The position numbers and the translations under genes were made by a program. A DNA stretch of 43,188 nt, from positions 1 to 43,188 of the IMG/VR virus record IMGVR_UViG_3300034965_000015; one strand, given 5' to 3'. The notes beneath the pieces are model-generated. The model did not search any database. It was not told the DNA's origin and saw nothing but the letters and a program-made list of their open reading frames with translations. The DNA comes from a virus (taxonomy: Duplodnaviria; Caudoviricetes). The first letter of the stretch is position 1, and each line of letters starts with the position of its first letter. Shown one piece after another: positions 10,009-17,547 of this stretch.

Positions 10009-10250
10009 GAGAGGTGTCTGCCGAGGTGCTTATCGATGATATCCGAAAGATGCAACTCTTCATTCCAGTCGTTATCGCCATGCGCGGCGCAGAGATCCCG
10101 CAGCGATGCGATAGCGCTTTCTCGCTCTGAGATCAGTTTGGCGACTTCGGTTCCGTCCTTATAGCCAAGCTCTTTGATGGCGATGCCAAGCAGCCGGACC
10201 CATGCTGCGCGGCCGCCTCGAAGGTAAGCGTTTTCTTCGTTGTTGGTCAT
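10005..10250 (-). CDS. hypothetical protein
   Basis: 81-aa ORF, ATGA-coupled to the upstream RHH gene. Confidence 0.65.
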   Translation of the reverse strand: MTNNEENAYLRGGRAAWVRLLGIAIKELGYKDGTEVAKLISERESAIASLRDLCAAHGDNDWNEELHLSDIIDKHLGRHLS

Positions 10251-10420
10251 GCCTTTTCCTTCTGGCGAGCAGCCTCAAGCCCGAGGGCGATGAGCTGGCG
10301 GATGGCCTCGGATCGTGAAGGCAGGGGCGTCTGATGACGGCGCCAATTATCGATGCGCGCGATCTCCTCGGGGGAGATGACCATTTGAAGGCGTACCGAC
10401 TTCGCTGATTTGCTGTCCAT
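10247..10420 (-). CDS. ribbon-helix-helix (CopG/Arc-like) regulator, 57 aa (not in ORF track)
   Basis: Manual translation MDSKSAKSVRLQMVISPEEIARIDNWRRHQTPLPSRSEAIRQLIALGLEAARQKEKA: beta strand + IDxWR + SRSEAIRQL. Confidence 0.8.
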   Translation of the reverse strand: MDSKSAKSVRLQMVISPEEIARIDNWRRHQTPLPSRSEAIRQLIALGLEAARQKEKA

Positions 10421-10440
10421 GCGGGGAAGATAACAAACAC

Positions 10441-10495
10441 AAGTAATTTACACAACATGCCTTGACGGCGCGCTTAAGAGGTGTAAGTTACACAT
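10441..10495 (+). promoter_or_regulatory. divergent promoter with GTGTAA-N-TTACAC operator
   Basis: TTGACG at 10462-10467; palindrome GTGTAAGTTACAC 10481-10493 and partial copy GTAATTTACAC 10443-10453; AT-rich island. Confidence 0.6.
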
Positions 10496-10497
10496 AC

Positions 10498-10575
10498 GGC
10501 CTGACGAGGAGGTGCGAACTCCAAGCCAGGCCTAATCGCCCCGCAACCTTCGTAGGAGGTCACCATGACGACTAT
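10498..10575 (-). ncRNA. putative SymR-like cis-antisense RNA 1
   Basis: Leader hairpin GGCCTG..GGAG-GTGCGAA-CTCC..CAGGCC, SD-occluding hairpin ACCTTC-GTA-GGAGGT; minus-strand TTGCGC(10603-08)-17bp-TATATC(10580-85). Confidence 0.45.
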
Positions 10576-10810
10576 CATCGATATATCCGCCGCCCGCCCG
10601 ACGCGCAATCCGCCGCTGACGGCGCCGATATTCTCAACCGACAAGATCGCCGGCTGCATCGCCGAAATGGGCAAGGACATCACCATGCTCGGCATCGCCA
10701 AGGATAGCGCCTCGCTGGCCGAGGTTGGCGACGAACTGCTGATAGAGGGGCTGGAGCTGATATTCGCCCGGCTCCGGCGCTCACACGAACAGCTCTGCTT
10801 GCTCTTGTAG
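10565..10810 (+). CDS. hypothetical protein under RHH/antisense control
   Basis: GGAGGT SD, own promoter and terminator. Confidence 0.65.
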   Translation: MTTIIDISAARPTRNPPLTAPIFSTDKIAGCIAEMGKDITMLGIAKDSASLAEVGDELLIEGLELIFARLRRSHEQLCLLL

Positions 10811-10836
10811 CCGCGACCCACATCACACCGACCACG

Positions 10837-10866
10837 AAGCCCGCCTCACCAGCGGGCTTTTTCTTT
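10837..10866 (+). terminator. rho-independent terminator
   Basis: AAGCCCGC-ctcacca-GCGGGCTT followed by T-rich tract. Confidence 0.8.
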
Positions 10867-10877
10867 GGAGAAACGCC

Positions 10878-12092
10878 TTGGCCGAAATCAACGACTTCGA
10901 CCCCGTAGACGCCAACAACATCGCGCGCTGGCCAGAGGGCATGACCTTCGCCAACGTCAACAACTCGGCGCGAGCGGATGAGGGCATCCTGGCCCGCATG
11001 TGGAAGTCCATCAATGGGTCGCTGACGACGACCGGCGCGGCCAACGTCTATGCCGTCACCTGCGCGCAGACGCTCTCGGCCTATTACACGGGCCTGTGGG
11101 TGAGGGCGAAAGCGAACTTCACCAACTCCGGCGCCGCGACCATGAATTTCAACGCGCTCGGCGCCAAGGCGCTGGTGAAGGAGAACGGCGCCGCGCTCGC
11201 CTCGGGCGACATCGTCAACGGCGTCATTTACGACTTCGTCTATGACGGCACCAACATCCAGGTGCTGCAGCTCAACACGTTCCATGACGGCATTGTGACC
11301 ACGGCGAAGATCGCTGATGGCGCGGTGACGACGGTCAAGATCGCCGATCTCAATGTCACCTGGGGCAAGTTGGCGGATACGATCTTCAACCAGACGCCGA
11401 CCACGCCAGCCTTGGGCGACCTGATCCCATTTGCCGACGTGAGCGCGTCCAACGTCAAGGCCGTCGCGACAGTCTCGTCCATCCTGGCGTTGGCCAACCC
11501 GACCGTGCAGCGATTCACGTCGGGCTCGGGCACCTACACGCCATCGGTGGGGATTCGGTACATCGAGGTCGAGATGTCCGGCGGCGGTGGTGGCGGTGGT
11601 GCTCAGAACACGAATAGCGGCGCGAACGGTACTTTGTCATCATTTGGCTCGTGGACCTGCAATCCCGGCGGCGGCGGCACGGGCGGCAGCTTCGGGGGCG
11701 GGGCGGGCGGAACAGGCGGGACAAACGGCACGGGCACGCTGATTGACCGCATTGATGGCGGCGATGGCAACAGCGGCGCGGGCTTTAATCCAACGCAAGG
11801 CGGTCCTGGCGGGGCAAACCCGCGCGGGGGTGCGGGGCGCATTATTGACCGGGCAAACGGTCAGGCGGCAAAAGCCAATACCGGCGGTGGTGGCGGCGCT
11901 GGCAGCCAAGCCAGTTCCGGTTTCGGGACCAGCGGCGGCGCTGGCGAGTGGGTCAAGTTCACCATGACAGCCGCGCAAGTCGGCGCAAGCCAGTCATACG
12001 CTGTCGGCCCCGGCGGCAATGGTGGCGCCGCAGGCGGGTTGGCTGGCGGCAACGGGGCGGCGGGCATCATCATCGTCAAGGAGTATTATTGA
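10878..12092 (+). CDS. tail fibre protein with glycine-rich C-terminal domain
   Basis: TTG start after GGAG; N-terminal WPEGM..VNNSAR anchor, (V)TTAKIAD repeats, GGGGGGG..GGNGAAGIIIVKEYY Gly-rich domain. Confidence 0.8.
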   Translation: MAEINDFDPVDANNIARWPEGMTFANVNNSARADEGILARMWKSINGSLTTTGAANVYAVTCAQTLSAYYTGLWVRAKANFTNSGAATMNFNALGAKALVKENGAALASGDIVNGVIYDFVYDGTNIQVLQLNTFHDGIVTTAKIADGAVTTVKIADLNVTWGKLADTIFNQTPTTPALGDLIPFADVSASNVKAVATVSSILALANPTVQRFTSGSGTYTPSVGIRYIEVEMSGGGGGGGAQNTNSGANGTLSSFGSWTCNPGGGGTGGSFGGGAGGTGGTNGTGTLIDRIDGGDGNSGAGFNPTQGGPGGANPRGGAGRIIDRANGQAAKANTGGGGGAGSQASSGFGTSGGAGEWVKFTMTAAQVGASQSYAVGPGGNGGAAGGLAGGNGAAGIIIVKEYY

Positions 12093-12637
12093 TGCAGCAG
12101 AGCTACGCCAAGGCGCTCGGCCTCGTGCTCGTTCACGAAGGCGGCTATAGCAACCATCCGCAGGACCCAGGCGGCGCGACAATGAAAGGCGTCATTCAGC
12201 GCGTTTATGACGCCTATCGCCAGCGCAAGGGGCAACCAACCCGCAGCGTCAAGCATCTGGCCGAAGACGAGCTGCAGGAGATCTACCGCCAGCTCTATTG
12301 GAACAAGATCGACGGCGACCAACTGCCCGCTGGTGTCGATTATTGCGTGTTCGATGGCGCCGTGAATTCGGGGCCATACCAGTCGGCCAAATGGCTGCAG
12401 CGGGGCCTCAACGACGTGCTCGGCAAGAAGGTGCTCGCGGTAGACGGCAATATTGGCCCGGCAACGCTTGCGGCGGCCGAGGACACGGCCATCCGCTCGT
12501 CCCAGCTCTGGGCGGTCATCGATGCGATGTGCGACCGGCGGCTGGCGATGCTGAAGGGGCTGAAGACGTGGCCGACATTCGGCAAGGGCTGGGCAACGCG
12601 GGTGTCCGAAGTCAGAGCGAAGGCAAAGGGTTTTTAA
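12092..12637 (+). CDS. endolysin, glycoside hydrolase family 108 with PG-binding segment
   Basis: HEGGYSNHPQDPGGATMKGV, FDGAVNSG, VDGNIGPATL, FGKGWATRV; ATG overlaps the fibre TGA. Confidence 0.92.
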   Translation: MQQSYAKALGLVLVHEGGYSNHPQDPGGATMKGVIQRVYDAYRQRKGQPTRSVKHLAEDELQEIYRQLYWNKIDGDQLPAGVDYCVFDGAVNSGPYQSAKWLQRGLNDVLGKKVLAVDGNIGPATLAAAEDTAIRSSQLWAVIDAMCDRRLAMLKGLKTWPTFGKGWATRVSEVRAKAKGF

Positions 12638-12657
12638 CCACCACGAAAGGCCTCACA

Positions 12658-13224
12658 ATGCGAATTCTGCTCGCGGCGATTGCCGCATTTTTTATGCTCA
12701 CCATCCCAGCGATCGCTCAGGCTGTCGCCGATAGCGCGCCCATCGCGATCCCCGTCTCGACTGTGGTCGAGGTGCCCGTTGGCAGCTGGGCCAACACCGC
12801 GCTCGGCTATCTCGCCCTGTCGCTTGGCGGCGTCGTGGTCTGGGGCTTCCGCTTTCTGCCACCGCAGCTCTACGCCATGGCCATGACGGTGCGGGCCGAC
12901 CAGCTGATGACCAAGGCGGGCGAATTCGCGCTCAACAGCGTTGCCGAGGCGGTCAGGGGCAAGGTCTGGACGATCGACACCCGCAATGACTATTTGAAGG
13001 CCTTGGCGACCTATGTCCTCATGCACGGCGCATCGGCGGTGAAAGCCTTCATCGGCACCCCGGCCGACATCGCCGAGAAAGGCTTCGCCCGCATTGGGCC
13101 GCTGCAGGGCCCCAACGATGCCCCGCCCGTCGATCCCCTGCCGGTGGCCGCGAAGCCCGATTTCGAGCGCATCGGCGAACAGGCTCAGGCTGCTGCGATC
13201 ATCAAGGGGATGCAGAGCAAATGA
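12658..13224 (+). CDS. signal peptide + TM protein in lysis cassette (holin-like)
   Basis: MRILLAAIAAFFMLTIPAIAQA signal-like N-terminus, second TM ALGYLALSLGGVVVWGF; follows endolysin. Confidence 0.55.
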   Translation: MRILLAAIAAFFMLTIPAIAQAVADSAPIAIPVSTVVEVPVGSWANTALGYLALSLGGVVVWGFRFLPPQLYAMAMTVRADQLMTKAGEFALNSVAEAVRGKVWTIDTRNDYLKALATYVLMHGASAVKAFIGTPADIAEKGFARIGPLQGPNDAPPVDPLPVAAKPDFERIGEQAQAAAIIKGMQSK

Positions 13225-13526
13225 GCCACCGCAATTCCGACCCGGCAGTCCTGCGCCGGCTGGGCCGGATCGAAAAGGCGCTTTCCTACATCATCGAAAA
13301 GGTAGAACAAATGGCACTCGATCTTGGACCCATCACAGCCGAAGTGACGAAAATCAGCGATGCCTCGGACGCGGCCGTCGTGCTGCTCCAGTCTATCGCG
13401 CAGGACATCCGCGACAACATCACCAACCAGGCCAAGCTTGCCGAACTGGCAACCCAGCTCGACACCAAGGCCGTCGCCCTCGGCGATGCCGTCGCCGCGA
13501 ATGCGCCGGCTGGCCCCGTCGTCTAA
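13221..13526 (+). CDS. hypothetical coiled-coil protein (alternative start 13311)
   Basis: Coupled ORF, heptad-rich. Confidence 0.6.
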   Translation: MSHRNSDPAVLRRLGRIEKALSYIIEKVEQMALDLGPITAEVTKISDASDAAVVLLQSIAQDIRDNITNQAKLAELATQLDTKAVALGDAVAANAPAGPVV

Positions 13527-13769
13527 ATGTCCGCCATTCTGGCACTGTTGATGCGGCCGCTCATCGAAGCGGCCGTGTCGGCCTTCGGGCAGGTGCTGCT
13601 CGACTTCTTCAACACTTGGCGCAGCCGTGAGGACGCCATCGCGCTCGGGCACGCCGAGGCCGTGCAATCCGCCACGCTGGCCGCCGAGAAGGCTCGGGAC
13701 CGGATGGAGGACGTGATGCCGATGAGCGATGAGGAAATCCTTCGGCGGCTGATGGAGGGCAAGGCGTGA
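13527..13769 (+). CDS. putative i-spanin (Rz-like)
   Basis: N-terminal hydrophobic helix plus helical periplasmic part ending MSDEEILRRLMEGKA; lysis cassette. Confidence 0.5.
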   Translation: MSAILALLMRPLIEAAVSAFGQVLLDFFNTWRSREDAIALGHAEAVQSATLAAEKARDRMEDVMPMSDEEILRRLMEGKA

Positions 13770-14203
13770 CGCTGGAACCGTGCACTGTCAAGGCGGCCAT
13801 GCAACTGGTCCGGCAATGGCACAGGCACCTTCCAGACGTTCAAGGCGGCTTGTTCGCCGTGCGCTGCGTTGCTGGCGGCGAATGCGTCGGAGTAGGAATC
13901 GCTAGCAATCCGGCGCGCGCATGGCAGGGAACGGGGCGTATCGTGATTTCCCGATGCGCGACGACTGGGCAAGATAACGCCTGCTCTATGATCTATGGCG
14001 CATTGTGCCGTGCGGCGAAGGCTCTGGGCTATAAAGAGGTCTGGACCTATACGCTGCCTGCCGAGCCAGGCGCATCCTTGCGCGCCGCCGGATTCTCTGA
14101 AGTCGGGCTGACGGATGGCGGCGAATGGAACACGCCAGCCAGGGCACGCCGCGCGGCCAAGAACCCTGAACCGAAGAAGCGATGGAGGCGCGTTTTGGCA
14201 TGA
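13766..14203 (+). CDS. XF1762-family (Mom-like GNAT fold) protein
   Basis: WHRH..VGVGIASNPARA..ISRCAT..NACSMIYGALCRAAKALGY..TYTLPAEPGASLRAAGF matches the recalled family signature. Confidence 0.8.
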   Translation: MTLEPCTVKAAMQLVRQWHRHLPDVQGGLFAVRCVAGGECVGVGIASNPARAWQGTGRIVISRCATTGQDNACSMIYGALCRAAKALGYKEVWTYTLPAEPGASLRAAGFSEVGLTDGGEWNTPARARRAAKNPEPKKRWRRVLA

Positions 14204-14418
14204 CAACGCTGTGCTATGGTCTGCTGTTCGTGTTCTGGTGCGAGGCCGCGCAACCGACGCCGCCGATTACCGTTTGCCCTCCGGTGGCGGCGTGGAGCCA
14301 AGGCTATCAGGCCGATCTCGCCGAGGAAGCGAAACGCCTCCCCAAGGGTGCCCTGAGGGAGGCGCTGCGCGAACACCTGAGGCTGCGCGAACAGCTCAGA
14401 CGGTGTAGGAATAGATAA
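14200..14418 (+). CDS. putative o-spanin (Rz1-like lipoprotein)
   Basis: Short hydrophobic N-terminus ending in Cys, then CPPVAAWSQGYQADLAEE..LP..LREQLRRC, typical of alphaproteobacterial phage o-spanins; lipobox atypical. Confidence 0.55.
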   Translation: MTTLCYGLLFVFWCEAAQPTPPITVCPPVAAWSQGYQADLAEEAKRLPKGALREALREHLRLREQLRRCRNR

Positions 14419-14426
14419 GCACATAG

Positions 14427-14500
14427 GCGGGCTGGCGAGGGCTGCGACACCGCCGCCAGCCCTGACCACGAGAGAAGGTATCAGCTCCTCCATGGCTACA
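14427..14500 (-). ncRNA. putative SymR-like cis-antisense RNA 2
   Basis: Hairpin GGGCTGGCG..CGCCAGCCC then TGACCAC, second hairpin before ATGGCT; minus-strand TTGCGG(14527-32)-16bp-TAAGGT(14505-10). Confidence 0.4.
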
Positions 14501-14902
14501 GAAAACCTTAGTCCAGCGCGCGAAAGCCGCAATAAGAGATCGCACGAGGGGGGGGATGTGGCCGGCGAAACCGAGATCGTGCTTCTCAAGTCGCGTATGT
14601 CGGCTATGGAGACAGCCGTAGACCGCATCGGCGCCAACGTTCAGAAGCTGTTGGACCGGCCATCGAATCCGGGTTTTACACAGGTTGTCACCACCTTAAT
14701 CGCAACGCTTGGCTGCGCCGCGTTCATTTTCGGCTTTGCGCAATGGTGGCTGAGCCAGGCGACGGCGCCGATTCTGTCGGAACTCGCGCTCATGAAGCAG
14801 AAGGCCGATTGGGCCGCCGATTCGGTGCACGCGGCCAATCTTAAGGCGGTGATACTTGAGGAGCGGATGGCATGGATAAGGGCGGCGCAGGGAAAGCCAT
14901 GA
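14492..14902 (+). CDS. coiled-coil + single-TM protein A (alternative GTG start 14558)
   Basis: ETEIVLLK coiled coil, TM VVTTLIATLGCAAFIFGFAQWWL. Confidence 0.65.
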   Translation: MATENLSPARESRNKRSHEGGDVAGETEIVLLKSRMSAMETAVDRIGANVQKLLDRPSNPGFTQVVTTLIATLGCAAFIFGFAQWWLSQATAPILSELALMKQKADWAADSVHAANLKAVILEERMAWIRAAQGKP

Positions 14903-15243
14903 ACACGCCGACCATCGAAACCGACATTGCCATTCTGAAGAATGTGCAGCTGACGCAAACGGAGCTGCTCGCTGGCATAGCCGCGAACCAGAAGGAAACG
15001 GTTGCGGCGCTGGAAACCCTGCGGCTGAGCCAGTGGCCGCCGTTCCTCTATATCCTGACTGTCGCGGGGATTGGGGCTACGCTGATGACGGCGGCATTGG
15101 GCGGTATGCGATACGTCACCTCTTGGCAGATCGCCGACGCAACGCGGGTGCTGGAATATCGCGTTAAGCTGATCGAAACAGGAATTGTCTGGGAGCCACG
15201 CTTTGTGCCCGGAGCCGCGCCCAAGGAGGGGGTAAGGCCATGA
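14899..15243 (+). CDS. coiled-coil + single-TM protein B, apparent paralogue of A
   Basis: ATGA-coupled; ETDIAILK coiled coil, TM FLYILTVAGIGATLMTAAL. Confidence 0.65.
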   Translation: MNTPTIETDIAILKNVQLTQTELLAGIAANQKETVAALETLRLSQWPPFLYILTVAGIGATLMTAALGGMRYVTSWQIADATRVLEYRVKLIETGIVWEPRFVPGAAPKEGVRP

Positions 15244-15332
15244 CCATCGACCTCGTCACGGGCGTTTATCTGATAGTTGCTGTCGGCGCGGTCGTCGTTA
15301 TTGCAGCGGTTTTGCTGACGCTTCGGGGGTAG
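15240..15332 (+). CDS. 30-aa single-TM peptide (not in ORF track)
   Basis: MTIDLVTGVYLIVAVGAVVVIAAVLLTLRG; ATGA-coupled, purine-rich SD upstream. Confidence 0.5.
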   Translation: MTIDLVTGVYLIVAVGAVVVIAAVLLTLRG

Positions 15333-15462
15333 GCGACTCGCTATCGTCCGTGAGCACCGTTACCAGCGCGATTTCTGCGATATGCCCGATGGCCTTGCGA
15401 AGCCGCCTGTTTTCCGCTTCGAGCTGGCGGATGCGCTGGGTCAGTTCTTCCGGGCTGCTCAT
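15298..15462 (-). CDS. 54-aa coiled-coil protein (not in ORF track)
   Basis: GGAGGT SD; MSSPEELTQRIRQLEAENRRLRKAIGHIAEIALVTVL... Confidence 0.55.
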   Translation of the reverse strand: MSSPEELTQRIRQLEAENRRLRKAIGHIAEIALVTVLTDDSESPTPEASAKPLQ

Positions 15463-15564
15463 CTGCACCTCCAAAATTAGGGCGCCACCGGATGGCTTAC
15501 TGGGGCTAACCCACCCGGTGACTGAGCGACGGCGTGATGGCCGGGCACCGCCGCTTTCTCTGCG

Positions 15565-16320
15565 TCAGTCGCCCAGATAGGGCAGACCGCCGCCAAACTT
15601 GATCTTGAACGTCGCCTGGATTTTGTCCTCGTCCAGGTTGTCTGTCACCTTGAAGCCGTCCTCGTTGATCCAATCCTGCTTGCCATAGAAGTCATGGTCA
15701 TATTGCAGGCCGAGGAAGACGTTATTCGACAGCGCGTATTCGATGCCCGTGCCGGCCTTGATGCCGGAATAGCTCTGGCTCGGCTTCTCATCGAGAAAGG
15801 TGCCGCTCAGCTCATATTCCGTCTGGGTGTAGGCCGCGAGCAGATAGACCATGGTGCGCGGAGCAACGACGCGGCCGACGCGCCCGCCCAAATACCATTC
15901 GCCCTGCTTCGCCAGCGTCCATTTCCCCTCGCCGTCGAACACTGACAGGCTGCTCTCCATGTTGGAGAAGCTATAGCCGCCCAGCACGCCGAACACCCAG
16001 CCGCCGCTTGCCACATCCGCGCCAGCGTCGATGCCGCCAACAAAGCCCCGGCTGTTGATGCCGTCGAGGTTGAAGAGGTTGTGCGTGGACGATCCCTCCT
16101 CACCATCGCTGAAATCGACATCTGCGCTCACTTCATGGTTGGCGTTGCCGTAGCCGCCATGCGCGCCGATGTAAACGCCGCTCCAGTTGACGCCCGGCCC
16201 GGACGAGATGTCCGCCGCAGGCCCATCCTTCAAGCCGCCATTGTAGACATCAGCAGCATTTGCCGATGTCGCCAAGACTGCGCCAGCGACAAGCGCAATC
16301 GGTATCAAATAACGTTTCAT
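15565..16320 (-). CDS. outer-membrane beta-barrel protein, Omp25/Omp31/RopB family
   Basis: Signal peptide ..SANA-AD, NWSGVYIGAHGGYG, GGRVGRVVAPRTMVYLLAAY, GIKAGTGIEYAL; GAGGA SD before ATG 16320. Confidence 0.88.
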   Translation of the reverse strand: MKRYLIPIALVAGAVLATSANAADVYNGGLKDGPAADISSGPGVNWSGVYIGAHGGYGNANHEVSADVDFSDGEEGSSTHNLFNLDGINSRGFVGGIDAGADVASGGWVFGVLGGYSFSNMESSLSVFDGEGKWTLAKQGEWYLGGRVGRVVAPRTMVYLLAAYTQTEYELSGTFLDEKPSQSYSGIKAGTGIEYALSNNVFLGLQYDHDFYGKQDWINEDGFKVTDNLDEDKIQATFKIKFGGGLPYLGD

Positions 16321-16609
16321 TGTTGTCCTCATCTCTATTGCCCTAACGCACGCACCACTACTGCGAGTCTGCGTCCCATGTCTTGTGTTAATCCCCTCCA
16401 ATGCCGCAGATTTGTCACGTCTGCGCTATTTTTACTACAATGAATTGGTGGGATGGCTGGTTTATGACGGCGATCTAGCCAGTTGCCCTTGTCGGGCTGC
16501 CGCAGCGGAACCGAACCAACCTATCCATCCAGGGGTGTTGCGGCGCGTACCAACCTCACCCCGTCTAAGGACGACGCCCACCATCGCCGCAGGAAAAAAG
16601 CCGCTGCGG

Positions 16610-16849
16610 CTATCCCAATAATGCTGGCACCAAGCCACGGCTGATGGCGAGGGCGACCGCGTGCATGCCACTGCGCGCCCCGAGCTTATAAACAGCCCGA
16701 TGACGGTAAATCTCGACCGTGCGAGCGCTGAGCGTCAGCTTGCGGCCGATTTCCTTGGCCACGTATCCCTCCGTCATCAGCAGCAGCACTTGCATCTCAC
16801 GTGGAGTGAGCGGCTGGCCGCAGACTATGGTTTCGTCGGCGCGCGACAT
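16610..16849 (-). CDS. stand-alone LuxR-type HTH regulator
   Basis: LTPREMQVL..GYVAKEIGRKLTLSARTVEIYR..KLGA. Confidence 0.9.
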   Translation of the reverse strand: MSRADETIVCGQPLTPREMQVLLLMTEGYVAKEIGRKLTLSARTVEIYRHRAVYKLGARSGMHAVALAISRGLVPALLG

Positions 16850-17220
16850 GCTTCCTCCACCACATTCAAAAACTCATCGATGCGGCTGATGAATTGCTGA
16901 GCGCGAACCTTGAGGATTTCGGCCTCATTGCGCATGACATTCATGCGGGTGTGCATCACCAAGATTTGGTCCTGGCGCTCAAACAGAACTGCGGAATCGC
17001 AGCCGAATGCGGCGGCGATCTTTTCAGCCCATTTCATCGTCATGCCCATATTGTTGGTCTCCAGCCGCTGAATGGTCTGCGGCGTGGTCCCGACCAGCTC
17101 GGCGAGCTTTAGAAGCGTCAAGCCGCGCAATTTGCGCATCTCGCGGACGCGCTCGCCGACATTGATGGCGGGTTTGTCGGAGCTTCCAGTCGGCATTGGT
17201 CGTTCGAGTGTGAGGCTCAT
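16825..17220 (-). CDS. XRE-family HTH regulator with C-terminal coiled coil
   Basis: VREMRKLRGLTLLKLAELVGTTPQTIQRLET..KIAAAFGC. Confidence 0.88.
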   Translation of the reverse strand: MSLTLERPMPTGSSDKPAINVGERVREMRKLRGLTLLKLAELVGTTPQTIQRLETNNMGMTMKWAEKIAAAFGCDSAVLFERQDQILVMHTRMNVMRNEAEILKVRAQQFISRIDEFLNVVEEACRAPTKP

Positions 17221-17250
17221 GTCTCATTTCCGTTACGAATCGCCGGTAGT

Positions 17251-17546
17251 GATGCGCGCCTGAGGTGCCCCGACCCCGGAGGGAGAGTACGGAGCCGAAG
17301 GCACCTCAGTCGCGTCGTCGTGCGGACCCCGCCCCACACTTCTCGTCTCGCCTCGCCCGGCTTAGCTGGGGCCGGGTCGTTATTGTCCCAGGAGCGTCCG
17401 GCGAAAGACATCTAGGCGGTTGGCTCTAGTGCTCCTGGGACTTTCCCCCGGCGTTTATGGCGCCGAGGAATTCGGACAGGTCCGCAGTGGCACCGAGTGC
17501 AGCTCGGCTGCGGACCTGCCTTCCGCACATCGGGGGATGGCGGAAA
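17251..17546. ncRNA. hairpin-dense putative structured RNA
   Basis: Six adjacent stems including perfect 10-11 bp pairs 17260-69/17300-09, 17385-95/17431-41, 17477-87/17508-18; no convincing ORF. Confidence 0.5.
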
Positions 17547-17547
17547 C

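Noticed and set aside
11948-12091. N-terminal extension of the endolysin in the ORF track (also upstream extensions of 12298, 27073, 30317, 33438)
   Set aside because: These overlap upstream genes; coupled or SD-supported starts at 12092, 12658, 27430, 30452 and 33483 fit better.
17385-17441. Hammerhead ribozyme at the three-way junction
   Set aside because: GAAA is present but the CUGANGA core is missing on both strands.
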